IMG/VR virus record: IMGVR_UViG_3300028597_000007
Strand: one strand, 5' to 3'
DNA: 64,000 nt
Source of the DNA: a virus
The position numbers were made by a program, and so were the translations under genes. The notes under the pieces were generated by a model. That model did not search any database, was not told where the DNA came from, and was given only the letters and a program-made list of their open reading frames with translations. Shown one piece after another: positions 1-8,832 of this stretch. Positions within the stretch are counted from its first letter, which is position 1. Each line of letters starts with the position of its first letter.

Positions 1-20
1 AGTCGAAGTCTGGTTTCCCG

Positions 21-455
21 ATGGTGGCGGTAGAAGCTGGTGTGAAGCCTTCTGGTCCTTTTGCAGATACGCTGGAGCGTTCCCTGCTCAACCCTGAAGA
101 AGAAACCTGCTTCTCCATCCGTGCGGCGGTAACGCCTGTCATGGAAGGTGGTCGCGAGTCTCGTTACATTGAAGACATCGTGACCTGGGACTATGTGAAC
201 GAAGGCGGCATCGCCATCGCTCGCAAGTATTACTCCATGGCACTGGAAGAAATGGGCGGTGCTGTAGCCGACATCGGCGAAAGCAACCTGATCGTGACTC
301 CGGCTATGCTGGTTCACGCCAAGGAAGCCTCCATCCGCAACATGGGTCTGGAGTCGTACGAGACTCAGTACCTGACCGACCTGCAACATCGCTTGGGTTG
401 GGCAGTGCCTGAGAAGAAGATCATCTCCACCCCTCGCTACCTGAACTGGCGGTAA
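21..455 (+). CDS. Hypothetical protein, probably the 3' part of a gene that starts upstream of the window
   Basis: Frame is open back to position 3, has strong codon bias, and is followed by a hairpin. Confidence 0.75.
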   Translation: MVAVEAGVKPSGPFADTLERSLLNPEEETCFSIRAAVTPVMEGGRESRYIEDIVTWDYVNEGGIAIARKYYSMALEEMGGAVADIGESNLIVTPAMLVHAKEASIRNMGLESYETQYLTDLQHRLGWAVPEKKIISTPRYLNWR

Positions 456-492
456 CATACTCCCCTGCCTTTTTGGGGCAGGGGAACTATGC
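456..492. terminator. GC hairpin flanked by CATA/TATG
   Basis: CATAC-TCCCCTGCC...GGCAGGGGA-AC-TATGC directly after the stop. Confidence 0.75.
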
Positions 493-498
493 CGTTTG

Positions 499-535
499 AA
501 CAATATTTGAAAACTAAATTATCATTGTGAGACTA
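499..535 (+). promoter_or_regulatory. Putative phage promoter, degenerate copy of the 37-nt repeat
   Basis: AACAATATTTGAAAACT-AAATTATCATTG-TGAGAC, same spacing as the copies at 1858, 23617 and 51843. Confidence 0.55.
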
Positions 536-570
536 GGTAATCTGGTTTCAATAATCTTCCCCCAAAGAGG

Positions 571-846
571 ATGTCCCCTATGCCAGAAATGATCATAAGG
601 AGAACTCAGGAGCGAGTTGGAAACCGGTACCTAGGAGCTTCATCGCAGGTCTACGTTTTTAGCAAGCGCAAGAATACCTTCGTGTTTACCTCACTCTGGA
701 ACTTCCAAGTTAGCGGGCGCAAATCCGTTCCTCAGGAAGTTGAAGAGATGAATGGTAATGCAGTCACGTTGGCGGCAATAACTCCATACGGGCGACATGA
801 CGACCCTGTGGAGCAAATTAATCTAAAACACTGGGGAGTAAAGTAA
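571..846 (+). CDS. Hypothetical protein
   Basis: First ORF after the putative promoter; its stop overlaps the next start (TAATG). Confidence 0.55.
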   Translation: MSPMPEMIIRRTQERVGNRYLGASSQVYVFSKRKNTFVFTSLWNFQVSGRKSVPQEVEEMNGNAVTLAAITPYGRHDDPVEQINLKHWGVK

Positions 847-1109
847 TGACCAACACAGGAATCCACAGCTATTCCAATCGTCAGATTCGTAAAGAAGATG
901 GCAGTCGATTGAATCGCTTCGTGGGGGTCCTGGGCGAGATGGTTGGATCAGGCGCTCGCAAGAGCGCCGTTTCCAAGACCACCTCTGTCCTGGACAAAGC
1001 TGGGAGCAAACGTGTGTTCAGTCGTTTGGTATTGTGCCATCCGACCAAGGGAGTTACTCGACGTGGATTCATTTTCAAACCTCAACAAGCAACGCCGTGC
1101 TGGGGATAA
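846..1109 (+). CDS. Small basic hypothetical protein (NRQIRKEDG motif)
   Basis: GGAG SD; shares a motif with 7720..7977. Confidence 0.65.
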   Translation: MTNTGIHSYSNRQIRKEDGSRLNRFVGVLGEMVGSGARKSAVSKTTSVLDKAGSKRVFSRLVLCHPTKGVTRRGFIFKPQQATPCWG

Positions 1110-1125
1110 CCTCTTCGTCTACAGC

Positions 1126-1317
1126 ATGACTATCGGACGCAGCGAGGGCGGCGAGGTAGAACCAAGGTGGTCTGAAAAGACTTTCTCCTTTGGCTACCAG
1201 CAATCCGAACAACACCATGTCTACACCGACGGGCGGGAGCGCATCTACGGCGATCCACCTGATTGGGTTAAAGGAGCGGTCGATGTCAAACAAGGAACTA
1301 GAACCACTGAATTCTGA
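1126..1317 (+). CDS. Hypothetical protein (start uncertain)
   Basis: 3' part of track ORF 943..1317; fills the gap between neighbours. Confidence 0.45.
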   Translation: MTIGRSEGGEVEPRWSEKTFSFGYQQSEQHHVYTDGRERIYGDPPDWVKGAVDVKQGTRTTEF

Positions 1318-1642
1318 CATCACCTTCACCAGTGCTCAGTGTAATTTGGGTGATGGGTGGGCGCAGAGCTTTCTGTCTACTGTAGTGCACGATCCTGGGC
1401 CACCCGCCTCGATTCGTGCAAATGCAACTGGCAAGAGCATCAAGGATGGTAGTGACTACAACACCGTCAACCAGGTGACCTTGCACTGGCCTAAGCTTCG
1501 TCAGAGGTTCAAGGTGTTCGGTGCAGAAACTCAGCGGGCTCGATTGATGACTCCCGAACGTAAGTACGGCGAGTACATCGCGCGAGTATCCGATGGCCTG
1601 TCTCTCAATTTGGGCAGCGGTGTTACGTTGCACGATTTGTGA
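1283..1642 (+). CDS. Hypothetical protein
   Basis: AAGGAG SD before ATG 1283, in frame with the track ORF. Confidence 0.75.
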   Translation: MSNKELEPLNSDITFTSAQCNLGDGWAQSFLSTVVHDPGPPASIRANATGKSIKDGSDYNTVNQVTLHWPKLRQRFKVFGAETQRARLMTPERKYGEYIARVSDGLSLNLGSGVTLHDL

Positions 1643-1649
1643 GGGGCTC

Positions 1650-1859
1650 ATGAGAAAGCTTGAGTACAACGTCCAGCAATTTCGCAGCGATAGCGGATTC
1701 ATCTACCAAAGCCATCAGACATTGGTGTGGGAAGATGATTCCAACGACAACCATGCTCGCCATGCGATGTTCATACAGAACACTGTAAACGGCATGAGTG
1801 GTCGGCACTACGAGGACCGGTTCCCTAAACCTGGTCGGTTCTGTCGCCATACGAAATAA
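1650..1859 (+). CDS. Hypothetical protein
   Basis: GAGGGG SD before ATG 1650. Confidence 0.6.
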   Translation: MRKLEYNVQQFRSDSGFIYQSHQTLVWEDDSNDNHARHAMFIQNTVNGMSGRHYEDRFPKPGRFCRHTK

Positions 1860-1894
1860 CCAGATCTCACCCCTAAACTATCATTGTGAATCGC
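1858..1894 (+). promoter_or_regulatory. Putative phage promoter (37-nt repeat)
   Basis: AACCAGATCTCACCCCT-AAACTATCATTG-TGAATCGC; 14/17 identity to the 5' block of the 23617 and 51843 copies. Confidence 0.65.
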
Positions 1895-1975
1895 TATCCA
1901 AAGCTTTTCACTTTTACCATTTCCCGTGTTCATGGCCTGAGCACGGGTCTACCTATTCTTGAAGGAAACGAAACA

Positions 1976-2476
1976 ATGGCAATCCAAAAGAAGCTGTCCA
2001 AAGGCACCGCTCACCTGCTGGCTCAACTGCAGAACGAGGTGAAGGAAACCGTACTGGTCGGCGACGCCAAGATGCCTGGCGACCTGGAAGTCACCCTGAG
2101 CAACACCAAGCTCGCCGAGTGGCAGAAAGATTACCGCGTGACCACCACCCTCGGTGAGCGTGGCGTATCGGTTGACGACATCGAGGCAGTTGGCCTGTGG
2201 CGTCGTGACCTGCAGAACGCCACCCGCATGTTCGGCGGCGACAACGGCGTCGAGTACCTGGAAGAGCACGCTGACGCCGACAGCTTCCGCATCACCGTCA
2301 ACACCGAAGACAACGCTCTCTCCGTGCAGGCGGCGTTCTACCGTCCGGGCAAGGAAGAGCAAGGCAACACCAACTTCATCAGCATCACCGACCAGTGGGC
2401 CGGCAGCGATGAAGATAAGGCAATCGAGAACCACCTGAAAGGCCTGACCAAGCGTCTGGCGAGCGGTAAGAAGTAA
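1976..2476 (+). CDS. Hypothetical protein with strong codon bias
   Basis: AAGGA SD, ATG 1976, between promoter and hairpin. Confidence 0.85.
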   Translation: MAIQKKLSKGTAHLLAQLQNEVKETVLVGDAKMPGDLEVTLSNTKLAEWQKDYRVTTTLGERGVSVDDIEAVGLWRRDLQNATRMFGGDNGVEYLEEHADADSFRITVNTEDNALSVQAAFYRPGKEEQGNTNFISITDQWAGSDEDKAIENHLKGLTKRLASGKK

Positions 2477-2486
2477 ATCCAACGTT

Positions 2487-2526
2487 GACCGGCCGCCAGG
2501 GATGGCATGGCCGGTCCTTTTTATGC
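2487..2526 (+). terminator. Hairpin followed by TTTTTATGC
   Basis: GACCGGCC...GGCCGGTC; TATG at 2522; T-rich tract downstream. Confidence 0.75.
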
Positions 2527-2572
2527 TGCATTTATTTTTTGCTGGGGCACTATGGAAATTAGGAAAACAGTC

Positions 2573-2752
2573 ATGACCAAGCGTGGGCTGTATGCTGGTG
2601 TTCCGATTGCCCACACGATTTCATGGGAAGACGTTAAGGAACCTGGGCAAGTAAAGGTCTCCAGGATGACTACCCACAAGCATCGCCGAAATGAATTCCA
2701 ACGATTCATCTTGGCGGATAACAAAACCATCTTTATCGACTTGCCTTTCTAG
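2573..2752 (+). CDS. Small hypothetical protein
   Basis: AGGA SD before ATG 2573. Confidence 0.55.
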   Translation: MTKRGLYAGVPIAHTISWEDVKEPGQVKVSRMTTHKHRRNEFQRFILADNKTIFIDLPF

Positions 2753-2763
2753 GAGGGATTCTT

Positions 2764-3531
2764 GTGTTCGGGTTCAATGAGAAAGAAATGCAGGAAGCGG
2801 AAAAGCTTGCTGACCTGTACGACCGCATGCGCAAGTATGCACGGGAATTGGATATCCGCGTGGTCACCGCTACGGCAGGAATTCAGTCTGCGCCGGATGT
2901 CACCGACATGACGATCACCTGGGACGACTCTCAGCGTCCAAAGGTCCTCGACTACATCTCCTTGATGCGCACCAAAGAGCGTCCCGTAGCGGTGAAGCTG
3001 CGTCTGGCTGACAATGCGTGGGACTTCACCATGCCGATTGGTTACAGTCCGCTACGCGATGGTGTTCGTCAGGAGTTCAATGGCAAAGACGATACCCCAA
3101 CCAAAGACAGCTGGCTCGTGTTACCGCAAGGTGAGGGGGAGGTGGTTGAATCGTTGGAGTCGCTTCTTGCTAGGCAGGAAGAGATCGACTCCATCACACC
3201 GGTCGAAGAAATGTCCCCAAACCCAACTCGGAAGGTTGCCGTACTGGGTGGTCGCATGACTGGGCGTACTGCATTGCTTCTGGCCTCATTAGGTGTTGCT
3301 GCTGCAGAAGGTGCTTTCGCCGAACGGGTGGAAAAGATCTCTGGACTTGATGCAGACTTCGATGGCCGGGTCGACAATCAAGGACTGGTCCGTTACAAGA
3401 CCAAGCGCCCAATGAGCTTTGGCTTTGGCTTCGGTGGTCAAGCGGCTGACACTGCAGTCTCTGGTGCCGAGAAGCGTCAGTGGTCCGACCGTAAGCCCAA
3501 CGGCAAAAGGAAGAAGTCATGGGAGAGGTAA
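2764..3531 (+). CDS. Hypothetical protein ending in NGKRKKSWER
   Basis: AGGAGG SD, GTG start, 255 aa. Confidence 0.8.
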   Translation: MFGFNEKEMQEAEKLADLYDRMRKYARELDIRVVTATAGIQSAPDVTDMTITWDDSQRPKVLDYISLMRTKERPVAVKLRLADNAWDFTMPIGYSPLRDGVRQEFNGKDDTPTKDSWLVLPQGEGEVVESLESLLARQEEIDSITPVEEMSPNPTRKVAVLGGRMTGRTALLLASLGVAAAEGAFAERVEKISGLDADFDGRVDNQGLVRYKTKRPMSFGFGFGGQAADTAVSGAEKRQWSDRKPNGKRKKSWER

Positions 3532-3716
3532 GAAAGGTTTCCTTCTCAGTAAAGAAATCCTGCGTGCGCCTCAGACGCATCCGTGATCGCTTTGCTGAGA
3601 TTGTCAGGGAGTTCTATGCCAAGGCCGAAGAGATCAATCGCGAGGTCAGGCTGAAAGAAGTCAATCGTCCTACCCACGGTCGCAACGGAAAGCCGTTGAA
3701 GCGGTGGGAGCGATGA
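3519..3716 (+). CDS. Small basic protein ending in NGKPLKRWER
   Basis: Overlaps both neighbours in operon fashion. Confidence 0.6.
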   Translation: MGEVRKVSFSVKKSCVRLRRIRDRFAEIVREFYAKAEEINREVRLKEVNRPTHGRNGKPLKRWER

Positions 3717-4024
3717 GAGGGGCAGGTGAGCGCTTTAAGGAGGCGCGGCTCGCGGCAAACATGACGCAGGAAGAAGTCGCCATCAAGGCCGGTTGTCGCA
3801 GGGCCACCGTGTCCGACTTCGAACGCGGTGTTTACCCAGGTGCCAGGGTGGTAACAGTAAGTAAGCTTTGCGAGGTGATTGGTGCCGACCACGCCTATAT
3901 TGTCAATGGCTGGCGATGCAGTGACCAATTGGGCATCCCCGACATAGGTCACTTGTCTCAAGCTGACCGCATCGAATACAAGTTGGATGTTCTGCTGGCC
4001 AGAACCAAGCATCTGGAGCTATGA
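3713..4024 (+). CDS. XRE/Cro-C1 family helix-turn-helix protein
   Basis: FKEARLAANMTQEEVAIKAGCRRATVSDFERG matches the HTH_3 pattern; ATGA overlap with upstream gene. Confidence 0.9.
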   Translation: MRGAGERFKEARLAANMTQEEVAIKAGCRRATVSDFERGVYPGARVVTVSKLCEVIGADHAYIVNGWRCSDQLGIPDIGHLSQADRIEYKLDVLLARTKHLEL

Positions 4025-4025
4025 C

Positions 4026-4313
4026 ATGATCAAGGGCATGTGGTGTAGCAACAAGCAAGAAGTCAACTTCCTACCAGACGACGTGGTTGACATCCATACG
4101 CATCACGAGCGCCTGTCGTATGTTGGCGGCTCCAGTACAGCTATCCAGGTAACCCACAGCGACTGCCAAAGCTTTCGCAAAGATACCGGTAGCTTCTACA
4201 ATCAATGGCATGTAAATGCAGACGAGAAGGTTGTTGACTTCTCTCGCAGGACTTCCCGAAGCGCTGTGTTCGCAAGCACTGGGCTTTCGGTTCAATTGAG
4301 AAACAAGGATTAA
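4026..4313 (+). CDS. Hypothetical protein
   Basis: ATG 4026 directly after the upstream stop. Confidence 0.65.
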   Translation: MIKGMWCSNKQEVNFLPDDVVDIHTHHERLSYVGGSSTAIQVTHSDCQSFRKDTGSFYNQWHVNADEKVVDFSRRTSRSAVFASTGLSVQLRNKD

Positions 4314-4315
4314 TT

Positions 4316-5398
4316 ATGCGTACTCTGGAAAACTTCTTCAAGAATGGTCTGACCAACAACCTGACCAACCGCGTATTCAAAATGGTTTACGGCAAACTGT
4401 ACGAGGAGACCCCAGCCGTTGGTGGTCCTCGTAAGTCGTTCCATGAGCTGATGAACACCCCGCACGTCAATCAAGCGGCGCGTGACAACATGCTGCACCT
4501 GATGCCGGAGGAAGGCAAAGGCCTCTTCGGCAAGCCCGTGGTTGAACGCAGCCCTAATGAAGGCGTGGGGCGCTTTGATACTCGTTTCCGTCAAGCAGTG
4601 GAAGCGCAAGGCGGGGCAGTGCCGGAGAAGACCTTCCCAACCCTGCACGTTTGCCTGGAGGAAACTCCAGAGGAAATCCAGGAGAAGGTTGAGCGCATCG
4701 CAGGCCACTCCTTCCAATCTATTGGCCGCAGTATGCGCAGTGCCGAGCTGCGCCCTCAGGACATCTTTGACATCCGCCGCCCTAACGAAGATGACCTGGA
4801 GAAACACCGCGGCTTACTCGGCAGCGACTCCATCATCGTCGATGCCCGCACTCGTCTGCGTCCAGGCGATGCATTCACTGCCGGTAACGACATGGCACAG
4901 AGCTGGAACACAGGCGGGGTTGTTGTCACCGCCACCGCCGCTCGCAAGTGGCTGTATGGCGAGTACATGGAGCCGCAATTGCGTGAGGTGTACCGTGATG
5001 CCCTCTGGTACCTGGCTCAAACCGATGCTTCGGCCAATATGTTCATTACCGTCCACCTGAATCGTCTGCACCTCATCCGTGGCTCCGACATGGCCAACGT
5101 GCCAAAAATCCAGAACATGGAACCCGACGTGTTTGAGCGCTATGTCAAGGGATTGCGCCCAACCCTCATCGCGTCCTCGTCCATCTGCACCGCGATGCGT
5201 GCCGTGCGCTCGATGCTGCCTGAGGCCAAGTACGTTTGGTTCGACGGCGACCTGCGCTGGTGGTACATGGATTCGAGCATGGTCAACTTGGTCTGGCCAG
5301 AGAACAGCAGTGTTCCTGTATCCGTGTTGGAAGACGCGGTTCTCGAAGCAGCTGACCGCGGCCTGATGAATCAGCCCCTGTGCCCTGACCTCGCTTAA
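4316..5398 (+). CDS. Hypothetical protein (360 aa)
   Basis: Long ORF, AAGGA SD, typical codon usage. Confidence 0.85.
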   Translation: MRTLENFFKNGLTNNLTNRVFKMVYGKLYEETPAVGGPRKSFHELMNTPHVNQAARDNMLHLMPEEGKGLFGKPVVERSPNEGVGRFDTRFRQAVEAQGGAVPEKTFPTLHVCLEETPEEIQEKVERIAGHSFQSIGRSMRSAELRPQDIFDIRRPNEDDLEKHRGLLGSDSIIVDARTRLRPGDAFTAGNDMAQSWNTGGVVVTATAARKWLYGEYMEPQLREVYRDALWYLAQTDASANMFITVHLNRLHLIRGSDMANVPKIQNMEPDVFERYVKGLRPTLIASSSICTAMRAVRSMLPEAKYVWFDGDLRWWYMDSSMVNLVWPENSSVPVSVLEDAVLEAADRGLMNQPLCPDLA

Positions 5399-5451
5399 TC
5401 GTCCACTACTCGTCTGTATACTTTGCAGACACCCACAAAGGAGATGTACCC

Positions 5452-5796
5452 GTGAAACTCGTTATCAATGATGCAAACCTGCTGGCGGCGTTCCAGAAGG
5501 TAGAAGGTAAAGAAGGCGTGGTGCAGGCCGTTGTTCTGGCGGGCGGTACCTTCGAGAAAGTTCGCCTGCAGGCGCTGGGCGGCGCCACCATCGAATTGCC
5601 TATCGAAGGCCTGCAGAAGCCCCAGGTCATCGAAGCCGGTCAGACCCTGCAGTTTACCGCCAATGGCTGGGTTGATGGTTTCGACTTCAAGGACATCAAG
5701 CTGTTCGGCAAGGCACCTGAAAAGGCCGCCGAGCGCGTGCACTCCGGCGGCAGCTCGCCTCTGGCAGCGCCTGAGAAGTCCAACCGCTACGCGTGA
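5452..5796 (+). CDS. Hypothetical protein with strong codon bias
   Basis: AAGGAG SD, GTG start. Confidence 0.85.
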   Translation: MKLVINDANLLAAFQKVEGKEGVVQAVVLAGGTFEKVRLQALGGATIELPIEGLQKPQVIEAGQTLQFTANGWVDGFDFKDIKLFGKAPEKAAERVHSGGSSPLAAPEKSNRYA

Positions 5797-5803
5797 TCGG
5801 CCA

Positions 5804-5835
5804 GCGCCTCTCTCTGCGGGGAGAGGCGCCTATGC
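5804..5835 (+). terminator. Hairpin followed by TATGC
   Basis: GCGCCTCTC...GAGAGGCGC-C-TATGC. Confidence 0.7.
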
Positions 5836-5848
5836 TCAAGGATAGGAA

Positions 5849-6379
5849 ATGACTACCATCGTTTATCATCGTGGTGAGTTAGCCACCGATAGCCGGATCA
5901 TTCGTCACCAAGACACCATCGAACTTGAACAGTCGTCTTGGGGCGAGAAAGTTTACACCAGTCCCTGTGGTCGTCTGCTGCTGGCTAAGGCTGGCATGGG
6001 TTGGACTGAAGCGTTCATGGATGGGTTGGTAGAACACCTCATCGGTGAACTTGCACGTAAACGCGAGAACCCTGGTCACAAGATCGTTGTCCACAAGGAT
6101 GCGATGGACTGGGCAGATTCTCTGCTCATCGTTACCAGCGATGGCGCGCACTGGGTCGATAAGATCCGTTCGCGCACTGTGGACGACGTTGACATCGTCA
6201 CCATGGGTACGGGTGCCCATTTCGCCAGAGCCGCTGTAAACATCGGTAAGAGCGTTACAGAGGCTGTTGAGATCGCCATTCGTCATGACAAGATGAGCGG
6301 CGGTAAGATTCACCATTACAAGGCCTCTGATCTTAAGCCTTTGATCGAGGAGAAGGGCGATGAACATAGTCCTGTATAA
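5849..6379 (+). CDS. Ntn-hydrolase, HslV/proteasome beta-subunit-like threonine peptidase
   Basis: N-terminal (M)TT, ATDSR, MGTG and DKMSGG motifs. Confidence 0.75.
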   Translation: MTTIVYHRGELATDSRIIRHQDTIELEQSSWGEKVYTSPCGRLLLAKAGMGWTEAFMDGLVEHLIGELARKRENPGHKIVVHKDAMDWADSLLIVTSDGAHWVDKIRSRTVDDVDIVTMGTGAHFARAAVNIGKSVTEAVEIAIRHDKMSGGKIHHYKASDLKPLIEEKGDEHSPV

Positions 6380-6896
6380 GGGCGAGCGTATCCGCTTCTG
6401 CTGCAACATCGGGGGCGATAAGCACGAACCTATCTTCGCCACCATGGATGATTGGTTTACTCCTAAGGGGTTGCTCATCCCACTAAGCCGTGGTGCTGTC
6501 GAAATGCGTGAGATCCTGCGCGATCCCACCTACCAGCCTGACCGGGTGTGGGAGGACACGGTGTGCTCGATGCTCTTGGATACCAAGGGGCTAATCTTCA
6601 ACATCGAGTTCCTCTGGGATCACGACAACGCGCGACTGCGCACCGTATCCATTCTATCCAACACCGGACCTAGCGCCGTATGGGCGAACTCCTACTCGCG
6701 CCGCCTTCATGAGGCGGCTACAGTGATGCTTCACTTCTACGAAGACATGAGTGATGTGGTCACTGAACTGAACCAGATCGTACCTATGATGGTAGAAGGT
6801 TACGAGGAGTGGGATCATGCAGCGCTTACCAAACATGTCCGGGAAGAAGTCGAACGACGCTACCCTGCCAATCCCGCAACAGAGCCTGGAGGGTGA
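6360..6896 (+). CDS. Hypothetical protein, possible inactive Ntn-fold paralogue
   Basis: Similar size; N-terminus MNIVLYKG resembles MTTIVYHRG of the upstream gene. Confidence 0.7.
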   Translation: MNIVLYKGERIRFCCNIGGDKHEPIFATMDDWFTPKGLLIPLSRGAVEMREILRDPTYQPDRVWEDTVCSMLLDTKGLIFNIEFLWDHDNARLRTVSILSNTGPSAVWANSYSRRLHEAATVMLHFYEDMSDVVTELNQIVPMMVEGYEEWDHAALTKHVREEVERRYPANPATEPGG

Positions 6897-7085
6897 GCTT
6901 CTACCGTTCACCCCTCCGCCAGCTGTCCAAAGCCACAAGGCCGAGGACATCTATCGCTTTGAAGAATTGCTTGATGTAATCAAGCACCTGGAGGACGTCG
7001 TTAAGACCGTCCCTGTACGCTTGGAGATCGGTCAAGACTCTGAGCAATAACCGCTAGAGCCCCACAAGGGGTAAGGAACCGCCAC

Positions 7086-7730
7086 ATGGCACTTTCGATT
7101 GAACAACAAGTAATGGCCTACCTGATTCAGTGCGCCATTGAACGCCGTACTACCACTTACGAAGAAGTGGCTGAACGGTTTGATCTCCCCACCACATGGC
7201 CTCGTCTGAGCCAAACGGTGAGCCCGATCCTGTATCGCATCTATGACTGGTGCGAGAAGAAACGCTTGCCCAAACTTACCGTACTGGTCGTGCGTAAGTC
7301 TGGTGCAGATATGGCCCTGCCTGGACGGGGTTTCTGGGCCGTGAGCAATCTACCTCACATTGGCCGGCATGAGAAAGTTCTCTTGACCGAGATGTGGGTC
7401 GCGGACGTTTACAACTACTTCACGGTACCCAACATTGCAGTGGATGCACATCACCGCGCGGACATGGGTTTCAAGCCCCTTAAGCAAGAGAACGCTTATC
7501 GAGCCTGCCTTGAGTTGTGGACCAGTATGGGTAACAACATTGGTGCGTACACCAACGCTCAGGTTGAACAGATCTTCAATGATCAGGCTGCGGGCATGTA
7601 CGGTCCGAGCGTTATTCGGGCGACGATCGTTGAGAAGGAAGTGGTATTCGAGTTCTTTGACGGTATTCGTTGGGAACGTCTGCGGATGGACCTGCCGCTA
7701 ATCCGGGAGGCGCTCGGACATGGCAATTGA
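7086..7730 (+). CDS. Putative winged-helix DNA-binding protein
   Basis: TTYEEVA...ILYRIYDWC...LPKLTVLVVRKSG...LPGRGFW pattern; AAGGA SD. Confidence 0.65.
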   Translation: MALSIEQQVMAYLIQCAIERRTTTYEEVAERFDLPTTWPRLSQTVSPILYRIYDWCEKKRLPKLTVLVVRKSGADMALPGRGFWAVSNLPHIGRHEKVLLTEMWVADVYNYFTVPNIAVDAHHRADMGFKPLKQENAYRACLELWTSMGNNIGAYTNAQVEQIFNDQAAGMYGPSVIRATIVEKEVVFEFFDGIRWERLRMDLPLIREALGHGN

Positions 7731-7977
7731 AGATGAGTACGAGCTGACCTTCACAAACCGACAGGTGCGTGAAGAAGATGGTTGGCGGATGAACCACATG
7801 CAGGTCAGGAACATCGATGAAGATAGCTTCTACATCGTTGATCGCCAAATGACCACCCCTGCACCACGGTCGACGACCATCACCGACACCTGGACACCCA
7901 ACAGCATGGGTGTTTACGCGGACGATTATAACTACGACACGCGATTCAGGAGGTTCCGCCATGCACCACTTTCCTGA
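7720..7977 (+). CDS. Small hypothetical protein (NRQVREEDG motif)
   Basis: Operon-style overlap; motif shared with 846..1109. Confidence 0.7.
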   Translation: MAIEDEYELTFTNRQVREEDGWRMNHMQVRNIDEDSFYIVDRQMTTPAPRSTTITDTWTPNSMGVYADDYNYDTRFRRFRHAPLS

Positions 7978-8290
7978 AGAGGAAGACCTCAACCTGATCT
8001 GTGGAATGGAGGACGAGATGCTCAAGCGTCAACACCTCTACATCTACAACAAGCAGACGCGTACCCAATGTGGCAACAGTCACGTTGAGCACGTAATGCG
8101 TGGCGGTGCCAGCGACGATGTTAGGGCTTACTGCTATACTCACAGCGATGAGTTCGGGCAATTGCGTGAGCAACACCTTGCCAACGTACCAACCGGGCTC
8201 TGTCATTATTCGCCTCACTTTGAGGCGTGGGTAAGGCCAAAGATTCGGTTGTTGTTCCTGCCGGATGTTCCACCGAGCATTGGGATATGA
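7961..8290 (+). CDS. Hypothetical protein
   Basis: AGGAGG SD before ATG 7961. Confidence 0.75.
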   Translation: MHHFPEEEDLNLICGMEDEMLKRQHLYIYNKQTRTQCGNSHVEHVMRGGASDDVRAYCYTHSDEFGQLREQHLANVPTGLCHYSPHFEAWVRPKIRLLFLPDVPPSIGI

Positions 8291-8502
8291 TCAAACTCAG
8301 GTACATCGTTGACCAAAAGCATGGTGACCTGCGCTGGCCATTCGACAGAGCGTGCATGACCACAATCATGGATGAAGAAGGTCGGCGTGTGGTCTCCAGT
8401 GGTCCAGACGAATACGGTGGGCAGTACCAGCGCTCCACTGCGTACGCTCGCGGTGGCTCGCCTCAGTATTCCTACCCGCTAAGTGTAAGGAGAAAGATGT
8501 GA
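8287..8502 (+). CDS. Hypothetical protein
   Basis: ATGA overlap with the upstream stop. Confidence 0.6.
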   Translation: MIKLRYIVDQKHGDLRWPFDRACMTTIMDEEGRRVVSSGPDEYGGQYQRSTAYARGGSPQYSYPLSVRRKM

Positions 8503-8729
8503 TCGAAGGAAAGCTTGTAGCCATTTCCCACAGCACAGAACGCTGGGGAAGTGGTGACGTGCAGCATACTACCACCGAACACTTGGACAACCACACTCAT
8601 CGGCTGACCAAGGCATGGCTAAAGCCGGATGGTCGGATGGCTGGCTACTCCATGTTCGGCGATGGTCGTAACGGTGCCGACTGGGGTTACCAATGGGGTA
8701 ATCCATTTGATCAAATGTCCGACACCTGA
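8499..8729 (+). CDS. Hypothetical protein
   Basis: AAGGAG SD, GTGA overlap. Confidence 0.65.
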   Translation: MIEGKLVAISHSTERWGSGDVQHTTTEHLDNHTHRLTKAWLKPDGRMAGYSMFGDGRNGADWGYQWGNPFDQMSDT

Positions 8730-8738
8730 ATAAGCTAT

Positions 8739-8827
8739 CCTCCCTCTCCCTTCGGGGAGGGGGAGGCTATGCCCTCACTTCTTTTTTTTTGTTTTACGGC
8801 ATAAATGCCCAGCCCGAAGGCTGGGCA
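8739..8827. terminator. Back-to-back hairpins between convergent genes, each followed by TATGC in its own direction
   Basis: + strand CCTCCCTCTCCC-TTCG-GGGAGGGGGAGG-C-TATGC then a T9 tract; - strand TGCCCAGCC-TTCG-GGCTGGGCA-TT-TATGCC. Confidence 0.85.
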
Positions 8828-8832
8828 CTGGC

